A stretch of DNA of 52,666 nt from a virus (lineage: Duplodnaviria > Caudoviricetes): positions 1-52,666 of IMG/VR virus record IMGVR_UViG_3300027821_000001; one strand, written 5' to 3'. The position numbers and the translations under genes are program-made. Under the pieces are notes generated by a model. That model did no database searches. It worked only from the letters and a program-made list of their open reading frames with translations, and was not told where the DNA came from. Position 1 is the first letter of the stretch. Every line of letters begins with the position of its first letter. This document shows, in pieces, positions 15,470 to 25,763 of the stretch.

Positions 15470-16798
15470 TTGATGCCAACTCTAGCAGCACCACTTGATT
15501 TGGCTAAGCTAGAGGCTCGCAATCTTCGCGCGCATCAGCTTGGCTCCGCTCCCGGGTCTCCGGTCACGGGACAACTTTATTACAATACGGCAGACAATAC
15601 GCTTTACTGGTGGGATGGAACGGCGTGGGTGTCTGCTCGAGGTGGAGTTTCATCTGTACCCGACGCAAGTCCAAGTGTGAAAGGTATTGTTCAATTAGCT
15701 GGCGATCTTGCCGGTACCGCCGCGTCTCCACAGATTGCAGCCGGTGCTGTTACCGATGCTGAAGTAGCAGCGGCAAATAAAGATGGCGCGGCTGCAACGC
15801 CTTCGATGCGAACACTTGGAATGGGTTCGCAGCAGGCGATGAATGGTGGTAATTCGCTATATTTGATTGGATCGAATAATCCATCTGCTGGTCCGATTCC
15901 CATGTCGAGTCAAAGACTTGTGAGTGTTGCGGATCCGACTTCAGCTCAGGACGCAGCTACGAAGAATTATGTAGATAATCTAATTCAAGGCGCAGCTTGG
16001 AAGCAACCGGTACGATGTGTTGCAACTACTAATGTTGGTGCTGGTAGCGCGCCTGGTGGTCCGCAGACAATCGATGGCGTAACGACAGGTAATAACGATC
16101 GTGTCTTGTTAACAGCCCAAACTAATCCACAGTACAACGGGATTTATAGTACTAACACCGGTAGTACTTGGAGTCGAGTGGCTGATGCTAACCAAGCGGC
16201 CGAGCTCTTGAATGCCGCGGTATTTGTTGAGGAAGGTACTTCATATTCGGATACAGCTTGGACTTGTACTACCAATGCACCGATTACAGTTGATACAACT
16301 CCACTGACTTGGGTAGCATTTACCGGCGTAGCAGATTTTAATGCTGGTGCTGGTCTGACCAAATCTGGTAATACTGTTGATGTCGGCGCTGGCGCAGGCA
16401 TTACCGTTAATCCCGATTCAATTCAAGTTGCTAATAACGGGATTACTAATGCGATGATTGCAGACGGCGCAGTTGACTTAGCAAGTGCGGATGTAACTAA
16501 TGCATTACCACTTGCTAAGGGTGGTACGGGACAGACAACAGCTAAGGCTGCACGCGAGACAGGCATGGGTGCTGCTGGTTATTATAATAATGGCGCAGTT
16601 CATGCCGCTGGGACACAGATTGTTATTCTTCAGTCAACACATGGTCTTCGAGCCACTCGATGTTTGCTCGTACAAGTTCAGGATGCGGGTGGGAACGTTC
16701 TTCTCGCGGATGTTACGGTACAGCTTAGCGGCGATGTTTATGTTAATTTTGGTGTAAGCCAAGCCGCCAACTCAATTCTAGTAACCATTATTGGCTGA
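15470..16798 (+). CDS. Fibre/decoration protein
   Basis: GQLYYNT, DA...KGIVQLAG, PT..QDAATKNYVD and DRVLL..QT....NGIY modules. Confidence 0.75.
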   Translation: MMPTLAAPLDLAKLEARNLRAHQLGSAPGSPVTGQLYYNTADNTLYWWDGTAWVSARGGVSSVPDASPSVKGIVQLAGDLAGTAASPQIAAGAVTDAEVAAANKDGAAATPSMRTLGMGSQQAMNGGNSLYLIGSNNPSAGPIPMSSQRLVSVADPTSAQDAATKNYVDNLIQGAAWKQPVRCVATTNVGAGSAPGGPQTIDGVTTGNNDRVLLTAQTNPQYNGIYSTNTGSTWSRVADANQAAELLNAAVFVEEGTSYSDTAWTCTTNAPITVDTTPLTWVAFTGVADFNAGAGLTKSGNTVDVGAGAGITVNPDSIQVANNGITNAMIADGAVDLASADVTNALPLAKGGTGQTTAKAARETGMGAAGYYNNGAVHAAGTQIVILQSTHGLRATRCLLVQVQDAGGNVLLADVTVQLSGDVYVNFGVSQAANSILVTIIG

Positions 16799-18528
16799 TG
16801 ACTACCTTTATTGGCAGTCTAGTAGTTCCGCGCCAATCAGCACCACCTTCGTCGCCTATGACGGGACAACTTTACTACGATATCGATGATAATAAACTTT
16901 ATTGGTGGAATGGCACAATCTGGGTAGATGCTACCGGTACTGCGCCTGGTGCACCAACTATTTATGATAGTGATCAAATCGGTACGGTTAAAGTTTGGAC
17001 GGGTAGGACGATTCCAACCAATTGGCTGTTGGCAGCCGGACAAACGCTAAACGAGAATGCTGGTTATGTAGATTTGGCCAATTTTGCTGCTGCTGAGGTT
17101 GCGGCAGGAAATCCACTTTGGGGAATTACAGGCACTGCACCTAATCGAATTATTACACTTCCCGATTTTCGTCGTAAAATGTTGTACGGTTCAAGTACAC
17201 CAACCTCGGATTTAGGTATGAGTTATCAGAGTGGGGGCGCAGAAACACACACTCTTACTCTTGGTCAGCTCCCAAACCATCAACATGGTCCGGGAACGCT
17301 CTACACAGGTGGGCGTGATACGGCTCATACACATAGTGGTACAACTAGTCCCGCAGGTACCCATAATCATGGTCCATCTACTAGTGATAACTTTGGCACA
17401 ACTACGGGAGCCACAGCAGCGCTTGGTTCGGGTGGTACCTCTCGCTATATTGTCTCGAATTATGGCTGGACCGATTGGGAACCTGATCACCAACACGGTT
17501 TTTCAACTGGTTACGAATCTGCCGATCATGGTCATGCAGTTACTTCGGGTTTGACTGGAGCTGTTGGTAGTGGTAATGCAATTAATAATCTACCACCACA
17601 TATTTTGGTAGCATTCATTATCAAGGTTATGGGTGCAGCTATCAATTCAGGCGGAGTGCTTCAAGGAGCAACGGGCGCACCAGGCGCAAAAGGTGATCCC
17701 GGTCCTTGGCGTGGTGCTTGGTCAGCAGCGACAGCTTATGCCATAGGTGATTCGGTTAGTTATTACGATGGTACTGTTACGGCTAGCTATCGACGTAAAG
17801 TAGCGGGTACAACTGCCGGTAACCCGAAGACCGATACAACGAATTGGGAGATAATTGCTTCGGGTGGTTCGGTTGGAGCTCCGGGAGCAGTTACAGTCTA
17901 CGAACAGCCTGATCAGCCGAGTGATACTACAACTGGTGCGATCTGGGTTGATACCGATGATACGCCTGCAGCCTGGACTCCGCTCATTCCAGTTGTCACT
18001 TCTTTGCCGACTAGTCCATACGATGGGCAAGAAGTTTATTTATTGGCCGATGCTACTGGCGGTGTGATGTGGCATTTACGCTTTCGAGCAGCGAGTCCGA
18101 GTACGTTTAAGTGGGAGGCTATTAGCGGTCCATCTATTTCCGCGGCTGTTGTGACTGATCAATCGTTTGCTGCGAATGCAGGTTACAACGATCCCGCTAC
18201 ACCAGGTCCGTTAATCACCTTCCCGCGCGCAGGCGATTATGAGTACGAGGCTCAATGCGATATGTATGTTGCATCGCAGTCAGCAGCACTCACGGGTGTG
18301 CTTGGATTGACGCCTTCTTCGGGTACTTTCGATGCGAGTGGTGGTACAACAACCGATCCGCATACTGCGTATCTGGCTAACGGTGGTTTAGCTTCCTCGT
18401 TTCTTGCTGTGGGTGTGATTCGGGGTGTCGCCGCAGGCGGGACATTAAAGATGCAGTACCAGGCAAATAATGGTGTGCCGCATGTACGTTGGCGGATTAT
18501 CAAAGCGCGTCCGATTAGGGTGATCTAA
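16798..18528 (+). CDS. Tail-fibre protein with collar domain and HxH motifs
   Basis: IGTVK.W.G..IP..WL collar, LPDFR, GG.ETHTLT..QLP.H.H, several HxH motifs, NNLPP.....FIIK. Confidence 0.8.
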   Translation: MTTFIGSLVVPRQSAPPSSPMTGQLYYDIDDNKLYWWNGTIWVDATGTAPGAPTIYDSDQIGTVKVWTGRTIPTNWLLAAGQTLNENAGYVDLANFAAAEVAAGNPLWGITGTAPNRIITLPDFRRKMLYGSSTPTSDLGMSYQSGGAETHTLTLGQLPNHQHGPGTLYTGGRDTAHTHSGTTSPAGTHNHGPSTSDNFGTTTGATAALGSGGTSRYIVSNYGWTDWEPDHQHGFSTGYESADHGHAVTSGLTGAVGSGNAINNLPPHILVAFIIKVMGAAINSGGVLQGATGAPGAKGDPGPWRGAWSAATAYAIGDSVSYYDGTVTASYRRKVAGTTAGNPKTDTTNWEIIASGGSVGAPGAVTVYEQPDQPSDTTTGAIWVDTDDTPAAWTPLIPVVTSLPTSPYDGQEVYLLADATGGVMWHLRFRAASPSTFKWEAISGPSISAAVVTDQSFAANAGYNDPATPGPLITFPRAGDYEYEAQCDMYVASQSAALTGVLGLTPSSGTFDASGGTTTDPHTAYLANGGLASSFLAVGVIRGVAAGGTLKMQYQANNGVPHVRWRIIKARPIRVI

Positions 18529-19587
18529 ATGGTGCCAATTCCGAAAGCAATTCGAGTTCGTACAAGTTCAGGTTGGCAAGACATAGCGCTAGTTGGACCA
18601 GCAGGACCAGCGGGTGGACCACTTGATATGAAGCGGATTGCCGGTCAATATGAGAACTATAATGGTCCCATCACCTCAACTAGTCTCGTTAATCTTTACT
18701 GTGACAGCGCAGGTACAATTCCGTTGCGTCTGACCTTTACGCCACCTGTTGATGCTTGGTTGGATGCTACTCTTAATATGGGAATTGTCGAGAAATCTGA
18801 TGCCAACTATAATTATGGCTACGCGGTTATGCGATTGACACCTCCTGATGTGGATGGTGTTCAGGACGCGGATCATTATGTAATGCAGCACGCGTCAGTT
18901 AATATTTATGATCACCGCCATGTTCAACGAGTGTTTAAACTTGCGGCCGGGACAAGTTATATTCTAGATGGATTGTTTACGTGCAGCGCTGGTAGTTGGC
19001 GTTATCACGCGGGCAAGGCGATGCTCTATCTTGATGGACGTCTCTGGGCTCGCGGAGCAGCACTTGACCCAGCGAATCGTTGGTTTCAGGTACAGAATGT
19101 AGTCAACGCATCCTCAGTAAATTTCACTGGGCTTGATGGTGCAACAGATCAAGCCTATGAACTTTTTGGACAGTTTCGTTGGCAGTCGGTTGGTCCTGAT
19201 AATCACATTTATCTACGCTTTAATGGAGATGCCGGAGCTGGTGGCCGTTATGTCTGGGTATCGGCGGGGGCGTATTATGATTTAGGACCAGTCCAAGGCG
19301 CAAATGATGGTACGAACACTCCAAGTGGGATTGGGTTGATCCGTTCGAATTGGAATAATGATGGTTACTGTATAATTCGTGGGATTATCACAGCCCAGGC
19401 TGGAGGTATAAATGTTCAAGAATATATGGGTCAGGCATTTTTCCGCGCTGACGCTGCCGGGCCGTATATTTCTGTGAAGAACTATGGTGGACAGTATTAT
19501 TCGGGAAATGCGAATCTGACTTCGCTCTCAATTAACCCGTTGGCTGGAAATGTGACCGGTCGCTTTGCGCTGAGGAGGTTGTATTGA
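18529..19587 (+). CDS. Putative receptor-binding/fibre-associated protein
   Basis: Beta-rich with a short collagen linker; located in the fibre cluster. Confidence 0.6.
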   Translation: MVPIPKAIRVRTSSGWQDIALVGPAGPAGGPLDMKRIAGQYENYNGPITSTSLVNLYCDSAGTIPLRLTFTPPVDAWLDATLNMGIVEKSDANYNYGYAVMRLTPPDVDGVQDADHYVMQHASVNIYDHRHVQRVFKLAAGTSYILDGLFTCSAGSWRYHAGKAMLYLDGRLWARGAALDPANRWFQVQNVVNASSVNFTGLDGATDQAYELFGQFRWQSVGPDNHIYLRFNGDAGAGGRYVWVSAGAYYDLGPVQGANDGTNTPSGIGLIRSNWNNDGYCIIRGIITAQAGGINVQEYMGQAFFRADAAGPYISVKNYGGQYYSGNANLTSLSINPLAGNVTGRFALRRLY

Positions 19588-19794
19588 TTGATCATAGGAG
19601 AGTACGATCCGGCTAATGTAGATAGTATTATAAATACATTGGCAGCATTCTTATCGGGGTTTGGTAGTGTGATTACTGCCTATCTCGGTATTCGATTTGA
19701 GCGAAATCGTAGTCGACAGGAATGTGAAGAAAAAATTAAAGCATTTAGAGAAGGTATGAAACTTGGGCGAACAACCGAGGAGCGTAAAAAGTGA
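19588..19794 (+). CDS. Small membrane protein (holin candidate)
   Basis: One TM segment and a charged C-terminus, upstream of the endolysin. Confidence 0.45.
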   Translation: MIIGEYDPANVDSIINTLAAFLSGFGSVITAYLGIRFERNRSRQECEEKIKAFREGMKLGRTTEERKK

Positions 19795-20120
19795 TGAAAA
19801 CGATTGCATTTATAATCGTAACAATATCACTGGCCGCTGCCTCTGGGTTTTTTGTAGCTTCGGCTATTCAAGGCGCTCCAACTCAAGCAGTTAAAACGGT
19901 TACTGTTACTCTCAAAAATGGAGCAACTGGTCCAACTGGAGAAAAAGGAGTAAAAGGCGAACCTGGAGCAGCAGGGCCAGCAGGACCAGCGGGAGCTCGA
20001 GGACCAACGGGAACAGGAGGAGCACTTACTTGTCCGACTGGATTTGAGGTTGGTGAAGTAGTAATTAATCATCCCGGTGGTCAAGTCACTATCTATGGAT
20101 GTATCAAGGAGGGCCAATGA
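19791..20120 (+). CDS. Membrane-anchored collagen-like protein
   Basis: N-terminal TM/signal, Gly-X-Y run, C-terminal Cys pair. Confidence 0.7.
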   Translation: MMKTIAFIIVTISLAAASGFFVASAIQGAPTQAVKTVTVTLKNGATGPTGEKGVKGEPGAAGPAGPAGARGPTGTGGALTCPTGFEVGEVVINHPGGQVTIYGCIKEGQ

Positions 20121-21109
20121 GCGCACTCCCATGGGAAATCGGTCCTGGACCAAGACCTCATAATAATTCGCGTTTGACTCGCACTCTCTATGCGCCTGAT
20201 AATCCTGATCAACCGACGCAGTCGGATGGCAAAGATGTACAGGCATTAAAGCGGATGGTGAGTCGGGCGGGTTACTGGGATTGGCAAGATTTTGATCGTA
20301 CTTACACCAATGCGTTTGCTCATGGTGCGACAGGACCAACAGGTTCGGGTCCTGGGGTGGATGGATTACGCAAATCAATTGGGATTGGCGACGGCTCAGG
20401 GACGTTGAATGAGCGCGTTTACCATGCCTTACTATATGCTAGAGTACCGGCAAAAGATTGGCGCGGCAATGCGATGTCACATTCGGGCGAATGGATTTGT
20501 GACCAAAAATCGCAGGAACTTTTGACCGCTTACCAGCAGGCATGGAACGAGGATCATCCGGACCCTAAGCCGCCACCTGAGCCAAGTGAGCCAAGTGGTG
20601 ATCGGCGACAGGTGGCCATGGATCATTTGTACGGACGGCTTGGATACACCGAGTCACCAGCGAACTCGAATTGTGATGAGCGCAAAGATGGTATTAGAAC
20701 AGCACAGATGCACACCGCTGGTGGAGGTACTTGGTTGTTGTATCAGCCTTGGTGTGGTTGTTGGTGTTACTACGCACTTGAGGCAGCTGGAGTAAACGGT
20801 ATCGACTCACATATGGCCTCGGTCGCACAGATTGAGGACAATGCCAAACGTAGAGCTAAATGTTACGTCGGTTGGACAGCCGATAGCGCACGCGCGCGCA
20901 AGGGTGATCTAGCTGTGATTGGCGGTTATGGTATGCATGTTGAGACGGTACGTGGAAAAGTTCAGGCGGACGGGGGCTTACCGACCTATGGCGGTAATAC
21001 ATCGTCAGGTAGTTCGGGCTCACAAGCAAACGGAGGAGGAGCCTATGCTCGTGTTCGCTATCCGGGGGAGGTGAGAGGCATTGCGCTTGTTCGATATCCC
21101 GGAGAGTGA
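20117..21109 (+). CDS. Endolysin: putative cell-wall-binding N-domain, Pro linker and CHAP-like peptidase
   Basis: PWCGCW...GDLAV...HVETV...GGNTS catalytic Cys/His pattern; G.DVQALK PG-binding-like start. Confidence 0.8.
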   Translation: MSALPWEIGPGPRPHNNSRLTRTLYAPDNPDQPTQSDGKDVQALKRMVSRAGYWDWQDFDRTYTNAFAHGATGPTGSGPGVDGLRKSIGIGDGSGTLNERVYHALLYARVPAKDWRGNAMSHSGEWICDQKSQELLTAYQQAWNEDHPDPKPPPEPSEPSGDRRQVAMDHLYGRLGYTESPANSNCDERKDGIRTAQMHTAGGGTWLLYQPWCGCWCYYALEAAGVNGIDSHMASVAQIEDNAKRRAKCYVGWTADSARARKGDLAVIGGYGMHVETVRGKVQADGGLPTYGGNTSSGSSGSQANGGGAYARVRYPGEVRGIALVRYPGE

Positions 21110-21248
21110 TACTGATTTTCGTGGTGAACCCGAGACAGTTGATGTCTGGGATCAGCAAGGTGAAGTAGATTGGAGTAAAGAGCCGCTCTCAGATGATAAT
21201 TTATCGGATAAAGTAAAGGGTTTTCTTAACGTATCGAAAGGGGAATAA
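21081..21248 (+). CDS. Possible small acidic protein
   Basis: Open frame filling the gap after the lysin; TTG start after GAGG; weak support. Confidence 0.3.
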   Translation: MRLFDIPESDTDFRGEPETVDVWDQQGEVDWSKEPLSDDNLSDKVKGFLNVSKGE

Positions 21249-21250
21249 GT

Positions 21251-21496
21251 ATGGAAACACAGCATGAGCAGCCAGTAGAGCCGGGTCAGCCTGAGCCCGA
21301 GCCGAAGGCACCAGATCAACCGGTAGAGCCGGGACAGCCCGAGCCAGCTCCAGTTCCAGAGCCGGGACAGCCTGAGCCACAGCCCGGACAGCCCGAGCCA
21401 GCTCCAGAGCCGGGACAGCCCGAGCCTTCTCCTGCTGTTCCAGCTCCAGATACGTCTCCTCCCGAGGAGCAGGGGGATGGAAACGGCGAGGGATAA
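21251..21496 (+). CDS. Pro/Gln/Glu repeat (PGQPEP) disordered protein
   Basis: Five PGQPEP units; RBS present. Confidence 0.65.
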   Translation: METQHEQPVEPGQPEPEPKAPDQPVEPGQPEPAPVPEPGQPEPQPGQPEPAPEPGQPEPSPAVPAPDTSPPEEQGDGNGEG

Positions 21497-21525
21497 TTCA
21501 AAAGAAAGTAAAGCGGGTGAAGTAG

Positions 21526-21933
21526 ATGATTATGAGTATTCTTACTAGTACTAAAAAGGTATTGGGGATTGACGAAAATTATACCGTATTTGACGAAGAT
21601 ATCATCATGCATATTAACACTGCCTTCTCTACTCTTACCCAGCTAGGGGTTGGCCCACCTGAAGGTTACATGATTGATGATGTAGCCGATGAGTGGGATG
21701 ATTTTATTGTCAACGATGCTCAGTATAATTCAGTTAAATCGTACGTTTTTCTCCGTGTTCGACAGCTGTTTGATCCTCCGACGACATCATATCTGATTGC
21801 TGCGTTTGATAGACAAATTCAGGAGCTCGAGTGGCGTTTGAATGTGCATCGAGAAGAAACGGCGTGGGTTGATCCAGATCCACCAAGATACCCGGAAGGT
21901 CCGTATGGCGAAGATCTTAGAAGGGTGGGGTGA
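21526..21933 (+). CDS. Head-to-tail adaptor (putative)
   Basis: SIL.S.KK.LGI....FD.DI..HIN.....L.QLGVGP...FDPP...ELEWRL. Confidence 0.7.
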   Translation: MIMSILTSTKKVLGIDENYTVFDEDIIMHINTAFSTLTQLGVGPPEGYMIDDVADEWDDFIVNDAQYNSVKSYVFLRVRQLFDPPTTSYLIAAFDRQIQELEWRLNVHREETAWVDPDPPRYPEGPYGEDLRRVG

Positions 21934-22106
21934 TGGAAAGAGAAGATCCTCTGGAAGAGAGAAAACGACAGGATAAGGAGAAAGCTGAGGATAATCGAGC
22001 ACGACAGAAGCGTCAGGGAGTAATTTCGGAAGAAGGAGCAGAAGAAGAAGCTGCACCGGAAGCTGCACCTGCACCGGAAGCTAAGACTGCAGCTCCGCCA
22101 AGCTAG
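21933..22106 (+). CDS. Small charged protein (57 aa)
   Basis: TGATG coupling; MEREDPLEERKRQ...APEAAPAPEAK; not in ORF track. Confidence 0.55.
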   Translation: MEREDPLEERKRQDKEKAEDNRARQKRQGVISEEGAEEEAAPEAAPAPEAKTAAPPS

Positions 22107-22114
22107 GGGGCAAA

Positions 22115-22564
22115 ATGTCCCTAAAAATTGTAGAAAGTATTCTCGAGCATCACGGTGTTAGGGGAATGAAGTGGGGTGTTCGTCGAAAAGCTACAGTTGG
22201 ACCACAGGAAGTTATTGTTCGAGACTCAAGAGTTCCAGGTAGCAAGAGACTTGCGACTTCTGGTGGTTCCGGACACCCCGCACATTCCGATGCTGTTCGC
22301 GCCCGTACACTTGGGCAAGTTAGTAAGAAAAGTGGAGTTAAATCGCTTTCTAATCAACAGCTACAGGATTATACGAAGCGATTACAGTTGGAACAGCATG
22401 CTAATCGACTTCGATATAATGATGCAAGCCCACCTAAGAAATTTGTTATGAGTTTGCTTGGACAAACAGGCAAGAATTCAGCTCAACAGGCAGCAAATGA
22501 AGTTGCCTCGCAGCAGGTTAAAAAGCATTTGCTTAAAGCGGGTGTATTGGCTGCTGCAGCATAG
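22115..22564 (+). CDS. HHG.RGMKWGVR-motif protein (putative internal virion protein)
   Basis: LEHHGVRGMKWGVRR N-terminus; LS..QLQ....RLQLE helix. Confidence 0.75.
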   Translation: MSLKIVESILEHHGVRGMKWGVRRKATVGPQEVIVRDSRVPGSKRLATSGGSGHPAHSDAVRARTLGQVSKKSGVKSLSNQQLQDYTKRLQLEQHANRLRYNDASPPKKFVMSLLGQTGKNSAQQAANEVASQQVKKHLLKAGVLAAAA

Positions 22565-22576
22565 AAAGGAGGTTAG

Positions 22577-24322
22577 GTGGGCCTATCTAATATTGCTGTG
22601 CCGATTTATTATGGACAATTTCGCGAAGCAGTTGTTAAAGGTGAAGTTCCTGTTAATCGTGAAATTTCTATGGAAATGAATCGGATTGATGCGCTCATTG
22701 CTAACCCAAATATTTACTACGATGATGAGGCTGTGGAAGGATTTATCCGTTATTGTGAAGGAGAATTAACTTTAACGGATGGATCTGATTTACATTTGCT
22801 TGATTCGTTTAAACTTTGGTCTGAACAAATTTTTGGCTGGTATTATTTCGTTGAGCGTAGTGTTTATGTTCCAACGAAAGAAAATCATGGTGGACATTAT
22901 GAGAAACGTTTAATTAAAAAACGCCTAACACTTAAACAATATCTAATAGTTGCACGTGGTGCAGCTAAATCTATGTATGCATCAGTCATTCAAAGTTATT
23001 TTCTTAACGTCGATACTTCAACCACGCATCAGGTTACTACAGCACCAACGATGAAACAGGCAGACGAAGTCATGTCTCCGTTTCGTACTGCCATTACGCG
23101 CGCACGCGGACCATTGTTTAAATTCTTAACTGAAGGATCACTTCAGAATACAACTGGTTCTCGAGCTAATCGAGTTAAATTAGCTGCAACCAAGAAAGGG
23201 ATTGAGAACTTTCTGACTGGATCGTTACTCGAAGTTCGCCCAATGGCAATCAATAAGCTGCAAGGTCTTCGTCCGAAGATCTCTACGATCGATGAATGGT
23301 TGTCAGGTGATCTGCGAGAAGATGTAGTGGGTGCAGTTGAACAGGGAGCATCGAAGCTCGAGGATTATTTGATCGTTGCTATTAGTTCGGAAGGAACTGT
23401 TCGAGCTGGTTCAGGTGACACCATTAAGATGGAGTTGGCCGATATTCTTAAGGGTGAATACCTCGCACCACACGTTTCGATTTGGCATTATAAGTTAGAC
23501 GAAATTGAGGAAGTTGCCAATCCAGGAATGTGGATAAAAGCAAATCCGAATTTGGGAGCGACGGTTTCTTATGAAACGTATCAGCTTGATGTGGAGCGGG
23601 CTGAAAAGGCGCCTGCGTCCCGAAATGACATTCTTGCTAAGCGTTTCGGGATTCCAATGGAGGGTTATACGTATTTCTTCACCTATGAAGAGACCCTTCC
23701 TCATCCTCACCGAGAATTCTGGCAGTTGCCATGCGCCTTGGGGGCAGACTTATCCCAGGGCGACGACTTCTGTGCATTTACCTTCTTATTCCCATTGGGA
23801 CGTGAGAAGTACGGCATAAAAACACGTAGTTATATTACCGAACTTACGTTGATGAAACTTCCAGCAGCTATGCGCCAAAAATATGAAGAGTTCGTAAATG
23901 AAGGAAGTCTTCATGTAATGGCTGGAAGTATTCTTGACATGATGGAAGTCTATGAAGATCTCGATCATTTTATTCTAACTTCAGAATATGATGTTCGTGC
24001 TTTTGGATATGATCCATATAATGCTAAAGAATTCGTTGCTCGTTGGGAAGTGGAGAACGGACCGTTTGGTATTGTGAAAGTAATCCAAGGAGCTAAGACA
24101 GAATCGGTTCCTTTGGGCGAACTCAAGATTATGAGTGAAGAGCGATTGCTAATTTTCGATCAGGCGCTTATGTCATTTGCAATGGGTAACGCAATTACGT
24201 TGGAAGATACTAACGGAAATCGTAAGCTTTTGAAGAAGCGCCAAGATGAGAAGATTGATAATGTCGCTGCCCTTATGGACGCTTGGATTGCATACAAGCT
24301 AAATAAGGAGGCTTTTGAATGA
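22577..24322 (+). CDS. terL: Terminase large subunit
   Basis: VARGAAKS Walker A, TIDEW Walker B, GADLS..DD RNase H-like domain, YDPYN, KID..AA. Confidence 0.93.
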   Translation: MGLSNIAVPIYYGQFREAVVKGEVPVNREISMEMNRIDALIANPNIYYDDEAVEGFIRYCEGELTLTDGSDLHLLDSFKLWSEQIFGWYYFVERSVYVPTKENHGGHYEKRLIKKRLTLKQYLIVARGAAKSMYASVIQSYFLNVDTSTTHQVTTAPTMKQADEVMSPFRTAITRARGPLFKFLTEGSLQNTTGSRANRVKLAATKKGIENFLTGSLLEVRPMAINKLQGLRPKISTIDEWLSGDLREDVVGAVEQGASKLEDYLIVAISSEGTVRAGSGDTIKMELADILKGEYLAPHVSIWHYKLDEIEEVANPGMWIKANPNLGATVSYETYQLDVERAEKAPASRNDILAKRFGIPMEGYTYFFTYEETLPHPHREFWQLPCALGADLSQGDDFCAFTFLFPLGREKYGIKTRSYITELTLMKLPAAMRQKYEEFVNEGSLHVMAGSILDMMEVYEDLDHFILTSEYDVRAFGYDPYNAKEFVARWEVENGPFGIVKVIQGAKTESVPLGELKIMSEERLLIFDQALMSFAMGNAITLEDTNGNRKLLKKRQDEKIDNVAALMDAWIAYKLNKEAFE

Positions 24323-24411
24323 ACGATAATAAAATGTGGGTTAATGTACCTGGATTGGCGATGATTGTAATTGCTGCTGTAGCTGTAATTGCGCTAATTC
24401 ATTTCTGGTAA
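24319..24411 (+). CDS. Small membrane protein (30 aa)
   Basis: ATGA overlap; AGGAGG RBS; single TM helix. Confidence 0.55.
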   Translation: MNDNKMWVNVPGLAMIVIAAVAVIALIHFW

Positions 24412-24449
24412 GGAGGTCTTTGAGTGAGTTTTGGGGAAGGAGGTGAGAT

Positions 24450-25763
24450 GTGTCGCGATTTGCCACGACGTTGAGGCATGCCTGGAATGTCTTCACTAAT
24501 CAAGCGCAGACAAGGAATCAAAGTAGTCCTTGGCCTGTTCAGCCCGGTTCTCGTATTGAATCTTATGGCGCCTCTTATGGATCAAGACCAGATCGCGTAA
24601 GACTTCGAATTCCCAACGAACGCTCAATGATCGCTTCGATTTATACACGTCTTAGTATTGATGTTGCTTCGGTTGATATGCGTCATATTAGAAATGACGA
24701 CCAAAATCGATATCTCGAAGACATTGATAGTGGTCTTAATAATTGTTTGACGGTTGAAGCCAATATTGATCAAGCTGCGCGCGCTTTTCGCCAAGATATT
24801 GCTATGACACTTTTTGATAGAGGCGTTGCAGCGCTTGTTCCGGTGGATACGTCAATTAGTCCAGAGCAATCTGCTGGTTATGAGATTTTAACGCTGCGTG
24901 TTGGTGATATTGTACAGTGGTATCCACAGCACGTACGAGTAAGTTTGTATAACGAAGCGATTGGAAAACGAGAAGAAATTACTTTGGAGAAATCTGCAGT
25001 AGCGATTGTTGAGAATCCTTTGTATGCAGTGATGAATGAACAAAATTCGACTCTTCAGCGTTTGCTTAATAAACTTAATTTGTTGGATGCGATTGATAAT
25101 CAGTCTGCTTCAGGAAAACTTGATCTGATTATTCAGCTTCCGTATGTAATTAAATCTGAAGCTCGTAGACAGGCAGCAGAACAACGTCGTACGGACATTG
25201 AGTTTCAGCTTAAAGGTAGCCAATACGGTATTGCTTATACAGATGCGACGGAAAAGATCACTCAGCTAAACCGTCCGGCCGAGAATAACCTCATGACCCA
25301 AGTCGAATACCTAACAGCCATGCTCTACGGCCAACTGGGTCTAACCGAAGACGTCATGAATGGTACGGCCGACGAAAAGGCTATGCTGAATTATTGGAAT
25401 CGTACAATTGAACCCGTCCTTACAGCTATTGTCGAATCTATGCGACGCACCTTCTTGACCAAAACTGCTCGGACTCAAAAGCAAACTGTTCAATTCTTTC
25501 GAGATCCATTTCGGTTGGTTCCGATTGGGAACATTGCTGAGATTGCCGACAAGTTTACTCGTAATGAAATTATAACGTCGAACGAAATGCGACAAGCGAT
25601 TGGGTTTCCTCCAAGCAAAGATCCAAAGGCTGATCAGTTGGTCAATAGCAATATGCCACAAGGAAGTAACGGAAGTGTTTCAGCAGAAGATCCAGTGATG
25701 GCTGAAGTGGCATCTGCTGTCAAGGATGCAAAAGTTAGGAGGAACATTCAAAATGGGAGCTGA
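24450..25763 (+). CDS. Portal protein
   Basis: Between terL and capsid; size and T.NE.R..IGFPP C-terminus of HK97-type portals. Confidence 0.88.
   Translation: MSRFATTLRHAWNVFTNQAQTRNQSSPWPVQPGSRIESYGASYGSRPDRVRLRIPNERSMIASIYTRLSIDVASVDMRHIRNDDQNRYLEDIDSGLNNCLTVEANIDQAARAFRQDIAMTLFDRGVAALVPVDTSISPEQSAGYEILTLRVGDIVQWYPQHVRVSLYNEAIGKREEITLEKSAVAIVENPLYAVMNEQNSTLQRLLNKLNLLDAIDNQSASGKLDLIIQLPYVIKSEARRQAAEQRRTDIEFQLKGSQYGIAYTDATEKITQLNRPAENNLMTQVEYLTAMLYGQLGLTEDVMNGTADEKAMLNYWNRTIEPVLTAIVESMRRTFLTKTARTQKQTVQFFRDPFRLVPIGNIAEIADKFTRNEIITSNEMRQAIGFPPSKDPKADQLVNSNMPQGSNGSVSAEDPVMAEVASAVKDAKVRRNIQNGS

Noticed and set aside
21251-21496. CRISPR-like or regulatory repeat array
   Set aside because: Repeats are in-frame PGQPEP codons with synonymous variation and no unique spacers
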